This document shows, in pieces, positions 1 through 11,988 of a stretch of DNA of 64,000 nt. The DNA is from Neocallimastix sp. 'constans'. Lineage: Eukaryota. The stretch covers positions 930,001 to 994,000 of the forward strand of contig JBODTK010000013.1 of assembly GCA_050613775.1 (NCBI GenBank), read 5' to 3'. Within the stretch, counting starts at the first letter, position 1. Every line of letters begins with the position of its first letter. The notes beneath the pieces are model-generated. The model was not told the origin of the DNA, did not search any database, and saw only the letters and a program-made list of their open reading frames with translations. The position numbers were made by a program, and so were the translations under genes.

Positions 1-779
1 TCTTCTTCTTTTTAATATAAATAGACATAATTCTTTTTTTTTTTTTTTTTTTAGTAATATTAAAATTTAGTTATTAAAATAAAATAAAATAAAAATTAAA
101 AAAGAAATTTAATTATTCTTTTTTTTTATATATATATTATTTTATTTTATTATATTTTAAAGTTTTAATTATTATTATTTTTATTATTATTATTATTTAA
201 ATTAAAGTTTTTCATTATATATCAATTTTTTAATTTTTTTTTTTTTTATTTCTTATTTTATTATTAATATTTTATTTTTTTATTTTTTATTTTTTCATTT
301 CTATTATATTAGTTTTTATTTTTTTATTTTTATTAATTTATTTATTAATTATTTTTTTTTCTGGTTTGTTATTTTCTTTTTCTAATTTTTTTCTTTTTTT
401 TTCTTCCTTTTTTTTTTTTTTTTTTTTTTTTTTCCATTTCTTATTATATTATTATATTATATTATATTATATTATTAATTATTTTATTATTTATTTTATT
501 TTATTTTTATTTTATTTTATTTTATTTTATTTTTTATTTTTTATTTTTTTTTTTTTTCTAAAAATTGTTTGTAAATAAAATTTATTAAATATCAAAACTA
601 TTTATTATGCGTTAGACAGATATTTTTTTCCCTTTCGGTTGTTGTTTTATCTATTTTTTTTTTTTTCTTTTCTTTTACTCTATTTTTTACTTATATCAAA
701 TTAATAAAATATTAAAATGTAAATTTAAAAATAATAATAATAATAAATATAAGAGAATATATATATATAATTATTCATT

Positions 780-811
<32 letters not shown>

Positions 812-1259
812 CTTTACTTTTTATTTGATAATTTTTTGTTTGTTTGTATGTTTGTTTATATATATATATAATAAAATATTAATTATTATTATTATTTCGT
901 AAAACAGTAAATTTTATATTATATTTTTGAATATTATAAAAAAAAATTATATTAAGATAATAGATATTTAACTAAAAATATATAATATACTTTATAAAAA
1001 TAATTTCTTTTTTTCTTATTTTTTTTTTTTTTTTAGAAAAAAAAAAGTTAATTTTATTATTATTATTATTATAAATTTATTATATTTTTTAAAATGATAA
1101 TTATAATTATTATTTAGTATTAAAACGTAGAAGACAATTAATTTTTTAAGAAAAAAAAAAAAAGGAAAGTAAAAAAAAACTTAAAAATTATTATTATTAC
1201 TTTTTTATTTTTTTTTTCCCCTTTCCTTTCCTTTTTTTTTTTTTTTTTTTTGTAATTTA

Positions 1260-4200
1260 TTAATGATCCATAGATAAACTTCCCAATACTTCATCCAAAA
1301 ATGAAGGTCCAATATCACATTGAATCATACTTGGTTTTGTGTAACGAGTAGCAATATCATCTAATGATAAATTATGAATATCATCAAACATTTGTTTTAA
1401 ATTGGTATCATAGATACTTGATTTTCTATTTTTGGATTCTTCAGTATTATCATCAGTCTTTTCTTTATCCTCAATAACAATAGAATTATCAAGATTTAAT
1501 TCAATCATTCTTTGTTGTGGAGAATAATCAGAAGCTTTCTTAGTTGAGGTTAGATTTTCTTTATTTTCTTTAGATAAAGGTAAACTACCTACAGATCTTG
1601 AAGCTAAATCGTGTTTATAAAAGCTTGGTCTTTCGAATTTTGGTTTATCTTCAAATTTGTAAATAATTGTACTTCTTGGAGAATCCACGGTATCTTCCCT
1701 AGCAAGTGGGTTAACAGCAGTAACTACAGCTTTTGGTTTAGAGTAAGACTTTCTTCTTTCAGTTTCTAAATCGACAAAATTGAATGGATTAACAAGTGGG
1801 GAAGGAACATCGGGAATTGGTGATGTTGAACGATCTACTGAGGATGAAAGCATACGTTGAACCATCATAATAGATACGAAATCATCATTTTCAACACTAC
1901 CATTGGTATAATTTCTAGTTAAATTGTCTTCACTTAAAGGTTTCTTAACATTATTTATTGGGATGGATTCAGTCTTTGGAACAGTAGAAGTAGCATCATT
2001 AGTTTTTTTATTTACAATATTACCTAATACTTCATCATCAGAAGAAGATGATGAGACTGATGAAACAGAACTTTCACTAGCACTACTAACTGAACTATGA
2101 ATAGAAGCTTTATCATCATTATCAACTTCCTTCTTTTCCTTCTTTTCAACATCTGGTATTGGTGTTGGTTTTTCAACATTTACCTTATTATCTTTAGCTG
2201 GAATTTCTGGTGGTACGCTAGAAGTAGTGTTATTTTTCTTTAATTTGAAAGAGCTTATGGAAGCATTACTCTTACGACGTTTTGGATTAGCAAGTGGAGA
2301 AACTAAACGTTTGAACGATGAAAATGGAGAATGTGATTCTTTACCAGAATTCTTTGAAGTAACGTTGATCTTTAAATTATTTTCTGGGAATTCTGGAATT
2401 TCTGTAATATCTTCTTCCTTTTGCTTATTCTTTTTATCCTTCTTATTCTTTTTATCCTTTTTACTGAATCCAAAGAAACTCTTAATACTCTTAGCACCAT
2501 TATTTCTTTTTAAACTACCCATAAGAGAATCTTGGAAACTAAATTCACTTGAAGCATAATTATTTGGTACGGTTTCAGCTTCAGTTACTGGTACATTTAA
2601 TTTTTCAACTTTAGCTTCAGTTACAGGTTTTTCACTCTTTTTAACTTCTGGTTTATTTTCCATATTTACATTTTCACTTCCATTTTCAATCAATTGTTCT
2701 CTTGGTTTTTCTGTTTCAGTTATAACTTCTTCTTTAGTTTCAGCAACAACTTCTTTAATTTCTTTTTTAATTGGTTCATTTACAATATCATCACTTTTTT
2801 CTGAATTTTCATCACTGTTAACAACAGTGAGTTTCATTTTTTTTGACTCCACTATTTCTGGATCATTTTCATTTACATTTACATTTTCGGTTTTAACATT
2901 TTCAGGTACAATTACTGGGGTCTGAATCTGTATTATTTCTTCAGAAGATTTAGATTCTTCATTATTAGAAATATTATTATTTTTAAAGTAAGTTGAAGGA
3001 GTTTTTGGCATTGGAATTTGATCTAATGGTTTAACGTTACTTATGGCTTCTTCATGCTCTATTCTTTCTTTTTCTTCTAATTGTTCTTTAAGTTTTAATT
3101 CTTCATCAATCGTTAAAACCTTTGGAGAATTAACCATCTTCTTTCTACTGCCATGACTGATATCACTTCTGTTATCATCATTATCACTTTCTTCAAAGGT
3201 ACTTGGTGGTAAAGGTTGTGGAATATCTAAGTAGCCCTTTTGTTGAGCAGCTACTCTAACTTCATCATCATTATTTACTAAGTTTGGAATTGGTGGAGCA
3301 GCTAAATCAATACCATTATTAATATTTCCATTAGTAGGGATTGGCATGGCAGCCGGCATTGGCATTGGCATTGGCATAGCCGCTGGACCATTGTTTCCAA
3401 CTGGGACAGGGGTAGCATTAATATTAAATCCAGCTTCAACTGTTTTAATTATTTCATCAGAATTAACTAATGTTTTGTTTTCTTGTGGTCTTGGAACATT
3501 TCCAAATTCAATTCTTTCTGAATTAACAACAATATTAAAACCTGGTTCAGTATGTTGAACTGGTAATTCTTCGTCCATTGTTGGTGAATCAACTAAATTA
3601 CCAGTAATTTGATTTTCTGGAGCATTATTTACTGGAACAACTGGAACAGTTGGCATTGAAACGAGAGTTGAAGCTTGTTCGTTATTACTGACAACTTGGG
3701 ACAATGGAGAACCTAGTTCAGCCTCAACTAAATTTGGAACTTGATTAGAAGTATTGGTATCTGTCTTAGTAATAGAAGGTTGTGGAAGAGCCATTGGCAT
3801 TTCTACAATACCCTCAGTATCAAGAGTTGTTTCAACTTTAGTTGCAGTCATTTTGGCAGGAATTTCAATTTTTTCGGCCTTTGAACCTACGGCAACTGGC
3901 ATTTTAAGAGTTTGTTTTTCTTCTGATTGCTTTGAGTTTGGCGTTTTTTTGGTAATTGTTTGTTTGGTAATTTTCTTTTTACCATCTACAATTTCTTCGG
4001 TAACAATTTCTTCAACAACATATTCAGATGAAGTAGAATTTTCCGTATTTAACGGTTCTTCAACAATAGCTGATTCAATTGGAACAGGCATTGGAATTCC
4101 TTGATTAGCAACTTCTTCATCAATATGAGAAGCCATATCAATCTTTGTTGGTTCCATTTTAGCTGGAATACTAATTAAATTTTCACCAACCTTAGATCCA

Positions 4201-4706
4201 ACTGGAGTTGGCATTGAAATTGTTGGTTTTTTATCATCAGTAATTTCATTCTTTGGTGGAAGAACTGGAGTTTTTTTATTTTTAGTAATTTGAGAGAGTG
4301 GAATATCATCTTCTGAATCACTTGATTCAACATCCTTTATTTCTGGCTGTTCATTATCACTGTATTCAGCTTTTCCCTTTCCTTTATCCATTTTTTTAGC
4401 TGAAGTTTTTCTTTTTAAATAAGATTCAGGGGTTTCCGCTTCTGCACTAAGTGGCGATTCAGTTTTTACATTTGAACGACGACTATTTAATGAATTGAAA
4501 TTAGTATTTATTGTATCAAGATCTGTATTATTCTTTTTTAAATATTTTGAGGTATCAAATGACATTGTACCATTATCAATACCATCTAAATCATGCTTAT
4601 CATGCTTTCTAGTTTCTTTTACTTTTGGACCTTTAATACAGGGTGATAAAATATTCTTCTTGAACATTTTTGTAATACCACCCTTTTTAGCTTTTTGTTC
4701 TGTCAT
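1260..4706 (-). CDS. Large low-complexity, probably intrinsically disordered protein (1148 aa) with a C-terminal Borg/CDC42EP BD3-like motif
   Basis: Uninterrupted 3.4 kb ORF, GC-richer than flanks and rich in E/K/S/N/P. Internal repeat MPTPVGSK..IPAKMEPTK / MPVAVGSK..IPAKMTATK. Ends CDIGPSFLDEVLGSLSMDH. No globular domain recognised. Confidence 0.85.
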   Translation of the reverse strand: MTEQKAKKGGITKMFKKNILSPCIKGPKVKETRKHDKHDLDGIDNGTMSFDTSKYLKKNNTDLDTINTNFNSLNSRRSNVKTESPLSAEAETPESYLKRKTSAKKMDKGKGKAEYSDNEQPEIKDVESSDSEDDIPLSQITKNKKTPVLPPKNEITDDKKPTISMPTPVGSKVGENLISIPAKMEPTKIDMASHIDEEVANQGIPMPVPIESAIVEEPLNTENSTSSEYVVEEIVTEEIVDGKKKITKQTITKKTPNSKQSEEKQTLKMPVAVGSKAEKIEIPAKMTATKVETTLDTEGIVEMPMALPQPSITKTDTNTSNQVPNLVEAELGSPLSQVVSNNEQASTLVSMPTVPVVPVNNAPENQITGNLVDSPTMDEELPVQHTEPGFNIVVNSERIEFGNVPRPQENKTLVNSDEIIKTVEAGFNINATPVPVGNNGPAAMPMPMPMPAAMPIPTNGNINNGIDLAAPPIPNLVNNDDEVRVAAQQKGYLDIPQPLPPSTFEESDNDDNRSDISHGSRKKMVNSPKVLTIDEELKLKEQLEEKERIEHEEAISNVKPLDQIPMPKTPSTYFKNNNISNNEESKSSEEIIQIQTPVIVPENVKTENVNVNENDPEIVESKKMKLTVVNSDENSEKSDDIVNEPIKKEIKEVVAETKEEVITETEKPREQLIENGSENVNMENKPEVKKSEKPVTEAKVEKLNVPVTEAETVPNNYASSEFSFQDSLMGSLKRNNGAKSIKSFFGFSKKDKKNKKDKKNKQKEEDITEIPEFPENNLKINVTSKNSGKESHSPFSSFKRLVSPLANPKRRKSNASISSFKLKKNNTTSSVPPEIPAKDNKVNVEKPTPIPDVEKKEKKEVDNDDKASIHSSVSSASESSVSSVSSSSSDDEVLGNIVNKKTNDATSTVPKTESIPINNVKKPLSEDNLTRNYTNGSVENDDFVSIMMVQRMLSSSVDRSTSPIPDVPSPLVNPFNFVDLETERRKSYSKPKAVVTAVNPLAREDTVDSPRSTIIYKFEDKPKFERPSFYKHDLASRSVGSLPLSKENKENLTSTKKASDYSPQQRMIELNLDNSIVIEDKEKTDDNTEESKNRKSSIYDTNLKQMFDDIHNLSLDDIATRYTKPSMIQCDIGPSFLDEVLGSLSMDH

Positions 4707-6597
4707 TATTAATTAATAATAAAAATATCTATATAAAAAACTTTAATATAATTTAATCCTAGCTTTAAAATATATTATTTTAAATTATAATCAAAAAATA
4801 ATTTATATATTTTTGGAAACCTAATTTATAATATAATTTGATATAATTTGAATTTTTTAAATTTCTTCTTTTTTTTATCTTCAATTACGAATTATTAATT
4901 GAAAATATTTGTTGATTATAATATTAGAAATATATTTAATTTTTTTTCTTCAAAATTATAATTTTTAATAATTTATATTTATTATTGATAAAATTTACCA
5001 ATTTTTTTTTAATATTATCAAAATATTATACTATATTTACTTTATTATTATACCTCAATAAATATTTTTTATTTATTATTCTTTTTGCTTTATTTTTATT
5101 TTATTTGTTTTTGTTTTTGTTTTCGTTATTTGGAATTAATTATTATAAAAAATTTTAAATAATTATGAATATTGTTTATTATTGTTTTTATTATATTTTA
5201 GTTTTGATATTTAACAAACAATTTACAAAAAAATATTTATTATTATTTAAGTTGTAATTATTATACAATTTAAACTATTAAATTTAAATTTATTTAGCCA
5301 AAATAATCCAAAATAATAATAATATAAATTTATTGATGATATGTATATATATATTATTATTATTTTGTTTACTACTGTAAGATTTTATTTTTATTATATT
5401 TTTTCTTACTATATTTTATATGTTATTCTGATATTATTTTTATTTATTTATATTTTTTATAAATAATTATTTGTTTATTTATTTGTATTTTAAGTTATTG
5501 TTATAAAGTATTTCATATAAATAACATTATTTATAAATAATTAGTTTATTTATTAAATTATCAATTATCTAAAATGATTTTATTTTAATAATGGTTGAAA
5601 TTATAATGTTATTAAATATTTTTTTTTTTTTTTGTTTGAGATTTCGAGAAGGGGAATTTCTTTTTTTTATTTATTCCGAGGATAGGATATTAATGTTTAT
5701 ATATGACTTTAAAATAAATTAAATTAAATCTTTTAAATAAAAAAATAAATAATAGTTAAACGATTAATTTATTTATAAATAATATAATTTAAACAATAAC
5801 ATTTAAAATAAATTAGATGTATAAAAACAAATAAATGAAAATATAATATATATTTTTTATTTATTTTTTGTTTTTCTTTTTTTTTTATAATTATAGATAA
5901 TAATAATGAATTTATTCGTTATTGATAATTTTAAATATAAATATTTTCTATTTATTTGTTTTTAAGGCTTTTCTATATATTTGATTTTAATTATTAATAA
6001 TTATATTTAATAATTGTTAAATTTATATATTTATTTTAAATTTATATATATTTTTATTTTTTTTAAAAAAAAATATTATTATCTTTAAAATAAATAATAG
6101 TTTTATTATTAATTTAATAAAATTATCAAAAAGTAAAGAAGAAATATAAAATTTGAAGTTTCCTTTTTTTTTTTTTTTTGTTTTTGTTTTTAATTTTTGG
6201 AATTTGAAAAGAAGGTAAAAAAATAAATTGAATTATAAATATATTAATAATAAAAATAATTTAATTTATTTAATTTATAAAATTATATTAAAATAATATA
6301 TTTTTATATAAAATGTTATTTATTTCAATATAAATAATTTATATAAATATATATTAAAAAGCAAAAACTTTATTTTATTAAAAAAGAATAATAATAATCA
6401 TAATTGGTTTTTTATCACTATTAATTTAAGTTATTAGAAAAAATTATTCTTGATATATTTGTTATTAATAAATAAATAAGCATATAAATAAATAAACAAA
6501 CAAATAAATAAATAAATAAATAGAATGATTAATTGTTAGAATTTGTGAAATATATGATTTAAATATATTGAAAAATATTATAATATAAATAATGAAC

Positions 6598-6709
6598 AAG
6601 CCACAATGTAATGGTATTAAAGTATTTAATTTAGAATAATTAAAGCTCTAGTAACTCTTTATCATAAAATATGAAAGTTTTTATATTAATAAACCATAAA
6701 TTCCTGACA
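6598..6709 (+). repeat. Dispersed repeat, possible solo-LTR fragment
   Basis: AAGCCACAATG...TATTTAATTTAGAATAATTAAA...TTTATCATA...CATAAATTCCTGAC aligns by eye to the reverse complement of 36675-36790 and partly to 35331-35403. Confidence 0.55.
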
Positions 6710-7059
6710 TTAATATATAATATTAGTAAAAAAAATATTAGTTTTAATAGTAAGGTAGTAGTTATAACTAATAAATAAATAGTTCATATACTTATTTAGA
6801 TATATGAGGGGAAAAAAAAATAAGGTTTTCAATATATAAAATTTCAATTTATTGTTATTCTTACAATATACCTTTTTTATATCTAGTATTTAGTATAACA
6901 AAATCTAATTCTTAAAATCTTACTCTTAACTTTATATCTAATATTTAGTATAATACTAGTTTAATAACTACAAAATTAACAAAATATTAATTATATAATA
7001 TACGTAGAAATAAAATGTTATTAATAATAATTATAATAATTATAATAATAATGATAATA

Positions 7060-7228
7060 ATAAAAATAATTAAAATAATAATAATAATAGTATAATTAAA
7101 ATAATAATAATGATGATAATATAATTAAAATAATAATAATAATAATAGTATAATTAAAATAATAATAATAATAATAGTATAATTAAAATAATAATAATAA
7201 TAATAGTATAATTAAAATAATAATAATG
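7060..7228. repeat. Minisatellite, ~27-bp unit (AAT)nAGTATAATTAAA
   Basis: Several tandem copies of AATAATAATAATAATAGTATAATTAAA. Confidence 0.8.
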
Positions 7229-7503
7229 ATATTGTAAAATCTTCAAAAAATAAGATAATCTGAAACTGTTTAACGTAAAAACATAATTAAATAATATTAA
7301 AAGTTTCAAATGACACAACAAGAAAATAAAAAATAATAAAATAGTGGATTTCTTGCTATTGAAATATTGAAATAGAAGGAAAATATTAATATGAAATGGT
7401 TACCATCAATTTTATTGGACTATTCAATACTATTATCTATCATTTATTAGTTTATTTTTATTATTTAATTTTTTTTTATTTATTTAATTTTTATTGTTTA
7501 TTG

Positions 7504-7708
7504 TTTATTATTTATTATTTATTATTTATTATTTATCATTTATTATTTATTATTTATTATTTATTATTTATTATTTATTATTTATTATTTATTATTTATT
7601 ATTTATTATTTATTATTTATTATTTATTATTTATTATTTATTATTTATTATTTATTATTTATTATTTATTATTTATTATTTATTATTTATTATTTATTAT
7701 TTATTATT
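7504..7708. repeat. (TTTATTA)n heptanucleotide microsatellite
   Basis: Read directly; explains the spurious YYLLFII ORFs. Confidence 0.9.
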
Positions 7709-8745
7709 CATGATTCATTATTCATGATTCATTAATTATATACTATTTATATATTGAATAATTGGTTTTCATATTATTTTCTTATATACTATATAATAAA
7801 TTATAATTAACAAATATAAATTGGTAATATAATAAATTTTAATATAATTAAAAATAGTAATATAAATAATTATACATGATATAATATATTAATATTATTT
7901 TAATATACATTACTATTGATGTTTTTTTTTAATTTATTTTAATATATTGTAATATATAATTTTAATTTCTTTTCTTTTTAATTTTAACATGTATATTAGA
8001 TATAAATATTTTGTAAAAATTTTCATATTAATAAATTTTTTATAATATATATATATTAAATGTCATTTTTTTTTCTCTCAAGTATAAGAAATATTTTTAC
8101 TTTATTTGTAAATAGAATAGAAATTAAATTAATATAAATACAACTGAATATTATATTAATGTATTAAACTTTTATGAATAAAATAAAATTACCAAATAAG
8201 TTAATATTATGGTTCAACAATAAAACTATCCAATTAATTTTCAATTAATTATTAACGGTAGTTTTTTTTTTTTTATTATAAAGAATTGTTTGTTCAATTA
8301 TAAAAACTATGTTACACGTTACATTATATTACATTACATCATAACAATATGGTTCAAGCACTTCAAATCTATACAATTGAAGTATTATTAAATTTTTTCT
8401 TTTTTTAAACAAGGAAATTATTACATAAGTTAATAATTATTATTAATTATTATTTATTTCTTTTATATGATACATTTTTTTTTTGTAAAGAAATGTTGAA
8501 GAAAATAATCTTTTTAAAAAAGTAAATTATATATTTATGCATATTATTTTTTTATAAATTTATTCTATAAAATATATTTAACTGTAATTAATTGTTATTT
8601 TTTTATATATATATGATACATTTTGTTTTGTAAAGAAATGTTGAAGAAAATAATCATTTTAAATAAATAAATTAATTATTTATGTATATTTTTTTTTGTA
8701 AACTAGTAATGATTTAATATAATTAATTTAAAAATGTTTTATATA

Positions 8746-8855
8746 TTTTAGTTGATTTTATATTTTCATGGAGTTTAACCTAGGAGATTCTTAACTCTAA
8801 GATGTATTAAAAATAAAAAACGAATACTGTACTGCTTTTTATTGTAAAGATAATA
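8746..8855 (+). repeat. ~110-bp direct repeat, copy 1 (copy 2 at 15461-15583)
   Basis: TTTTAGTTGATTTTATATTTTCAT..CTAGGAGATTCTTAACTCTAAGATGTATTAAAAATAAAAAACGAATACT.TACTGCTTTTT..TGTAAAGATAATA is near-identical at both sites. Confidence 0.9.
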
Positions 8856-9265
8856 TTTATGTTGAAACTGGATATAGTACTAAACCAATTTTTATTAAAA
8901 TTCCTGATATTAACGGAAATATTACTAGATATATTACTAAAACATACACTTTAGCCGTTGTTAAACTAAACAAATATAAGGATAAAAACTATTCATTAGA
9001 TAAATGCACATATTTTAATTAAACCAAAGATTTACAATGTCTATATAATAAATGTTTTAATGTTTTAATAATAATTGCATTTTTAATGACAAAGCCCCAA
9101 TCATATATTGTGATAATATCTATGAGGTTAAATCTTTTGAAAGATCTTCTTATATGCGTTGTAGTAAACAAGCGAAGAAGTCACTAAATGTTCTTCAAAA
9201 ATATGTATTCATACATGTAGTTATCAAGACAGATGTCTTAGTGTTAGTGAGAATGTATATGGATT
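8856..9265 (+). pseudogene. Decayed coding fragment of a possibly Cys-containing protein
   Basis: Locally higher GC. Readable stretches YVETGYSTKPIFIKIPDINGNITRY..LDKCT, CDNIYEVKSFERSSYMRCSK and CSYQDRCLS, broken by stops and frameshifts. Family not identified. Confidence 0.3.
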
Positions 9266-9960
9266 GCATTATATTTTATTATTTATAGGAATTTTTTATT
9301 TATTATAACAAAATTTTATGAAGAATAATAATTCGATATATAATTTAATTAATCCATTTTGTTATAAAATCAAATAATAATATTAATTACTAATTGTGAA
9401 ATTTGTAATAGTTATTATCTATGAATCTATTTTTTTGAATTTATTAAATTTTTAATTTTTTGAAATAAAACTATGAAAAAAAAGTAATTTACAAAAATAA
9501 TAATAATTATCATTATGGCTTAAGGTAGTAAGCACTAATTGTCAGAACTAATACAGATTCAATATTATAAATTAATTTATAACTAGATATTATATTAATA
9601 AGTTGCAATTTTTTATTTATTTTTTGAAAATTTTATTTTATCTTTCAATAATCTTAATTATGATGCAATCTAATTGATATAAGTTATATTAATATCAATT
9701 CATCAAAGCAATATTAAGTTCAAAATTAAACAATTTCTATAATTAAAAATATTAAACAAATTCAAAAAATTTATACATATATCAATATAATAAGGCAAAC
9801 TAAAAAAAAAAAAAATCAATTTGATATCCAAACAAAAGTATTTGTTCAAGTTTGAATCAATGTCAAATATATTTTCTTGATTCACATACTCATAGTGATG
9901 ATCAACTATTCAAAATAAGATAAAATAATAACAAATTACAATAATAATATCTATGATTAT

Positions 9961-9999
<39 letters not shown>

Positions 10000-10625
10000 T
10001 AATAATATATTTTTTAAACATATTTTTTTAAATAATGTATATTAGATTAAAATATAATACTTTCCAATTACATGTTATTATAATAATAAATTTCAATTAA
10101 TAAATATAAAGAATGACTAGAAAGATTGAAAAAAAACAAAAAATTACTTAAAATATTGCTCTTGATATAATAAAATAAATGGATTTTACTATCGGTTTTT
10201 ATTTTCAGTTATAAAATATTAAATATTAAATAATTTAATATTACTATTTCAGATATCTGTGAATCAGTCTTTACAAAATTTGGTAATTTGGTAGTTTTAT
10301 TTTAGGTTATTAAAGTTTTCTATCAATAAAGATTAAATATTTAAAAATTACTTTTTTTTTTTTTTTTTTAATTAAAAATTTTTTTTTGTAATATATTTTG
10401 AACAAAAGAAAAAAAGATGATCGTAAATACATAAATTATAAAATATTTTAAACAAATTTAAAGAATAAAAGTTTTTTCTGTATACTCTATTCATATTAAT
10501 ATTTAGAAATTCTTAAAAATCATATCAAATAATATTAAACCAATAAATTTTATTTATTATTTATATTATCATGGATATGACACATGTTAATATTGTAAAA
10601 AGGAAATTTAAAAAAAGATAGTAGG

Positions 10626-10661
<36 letters not shown>

Positions 10662-10684
10662 ATAAATATATCATATATATTTAA

Positions 10685-10737
<53 letters not shown>

Positions 10738-10859
10738 TTACTTTTATACTAAATATAGATAAAATTATTTATCATTTTATGATATAGATTTTGAAAGTCT
10801 ATTATTAAATGCAATTGATATATTATTACCAACATTATTTAATAAATTAAAACTTATTT

Positions 10860-11988
10860 TGTGAATACCTCTTATATATTCGGTTTCACATCACTTTTAT
10901 TTATAATCTCTTTGAAGATAAGCCCTTACTTTTATATAATTTCCCTTTGTAGTTTTAATTAAAATAAATTTTTAATTATAAATCGGTGCATTTTAAAAAT
11001 CATGAGGTATTAAAATTGGTTACATTTATAACTAATTGTATTATTCTAACCATTTAAACTTATTAGTAAATAATTTAATAAGATTTAATATTTCAGTTAA
11101 TTTCTTTTTATATTCCAATCTTCACTAAATTTCTCTATTTAGGCTCTTTTTATTCATTACCAAGATAAATATTAATTTTAAATAATCAGCACAAAAAATC
11201 AATTAAGAAATTTTCTTTGATATTAATGTTCTTTATTTTATTTTGTCTATTTCTCCCTTTAATCCAAATTTTAAAAGGATTTCATATATTTGAATTTTCT
11301 CACCATTAAAATATTAACGATAGAAGTTTAACGATTGTAACTTTAAAACACTTTTCAATCAATAAAATTAGTTTGTAGATGGATAAGCATCATCCATTCG
11401 TATATAACTCAAAGTTATATTTATCATTTTATTATACCTTTCATTACAAAGGTTTGAATTATGATTATATTGAATTAGTTTTTATCTAAACCTATTTCTC
11501 GTTAAGTTTAATAATACTATTATTGTTAGAATGTACCCATTTCACGTTAGGAATTACCATTATATTTTATTCCCTGGAATATTTAGGGTATTATATTTTA
11601 AATTATTTTGTATGGGATCTCAGATATATTGTCTCCTCCATTATTGCAGTTTTAATTTATATATATACGTGTTTAACATGTATAAATACACACTAAAATA
11701 ACTATACTTTAAATAATGTGTTTCGTTGTTTAAAAAGAATCATTATCTAATATATGATTATTTAAATTTTCTCAATATATATTATTAAATTGTGTTTTGT
11801 ATATTCATGGGGTGGAAATAGTTTATCACAGAGTGGATTCCTTTATATATAGATATACTACATTACTAAATGCCTAGAGTTTTATTTGTTAAATTTTCAA
11901 ATTATAATCTCAATTAAGAGTCTCTCGTATGAAAATCTATAATTTTCTATTATATATGGTTAAGTATGTTTTTCCCTATTAAATTAAT
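10860..11988 (-). mobile_element. Decayed interspersed element (possible LTR-retrotransposon internal region), homologous to 35850-36422
   Basis: Colinear similarity to 35850-36422, e.g. GATTCCTTTATATATAGATAT..CTAGAGTTTTATTTGTTAAATT..CAATTAAGAGTCTCT..CCTATTAAATTAAT. The second copy lacks ~11255-11820. No intact ORF; strand is tentative. Confidence 0.55.

Noticed and set aside
4190..4225. CRIB motif (ISMPTPV) in the 1148-aa protein
   Set aside because: Lacks the F-x-H-x-x-H half of the CRIB consensus.
2227..4716. Plus-strand ORFs overlapping the 1148-aa gene
   Set aside because: Antisense shadows of a real coding sequence.
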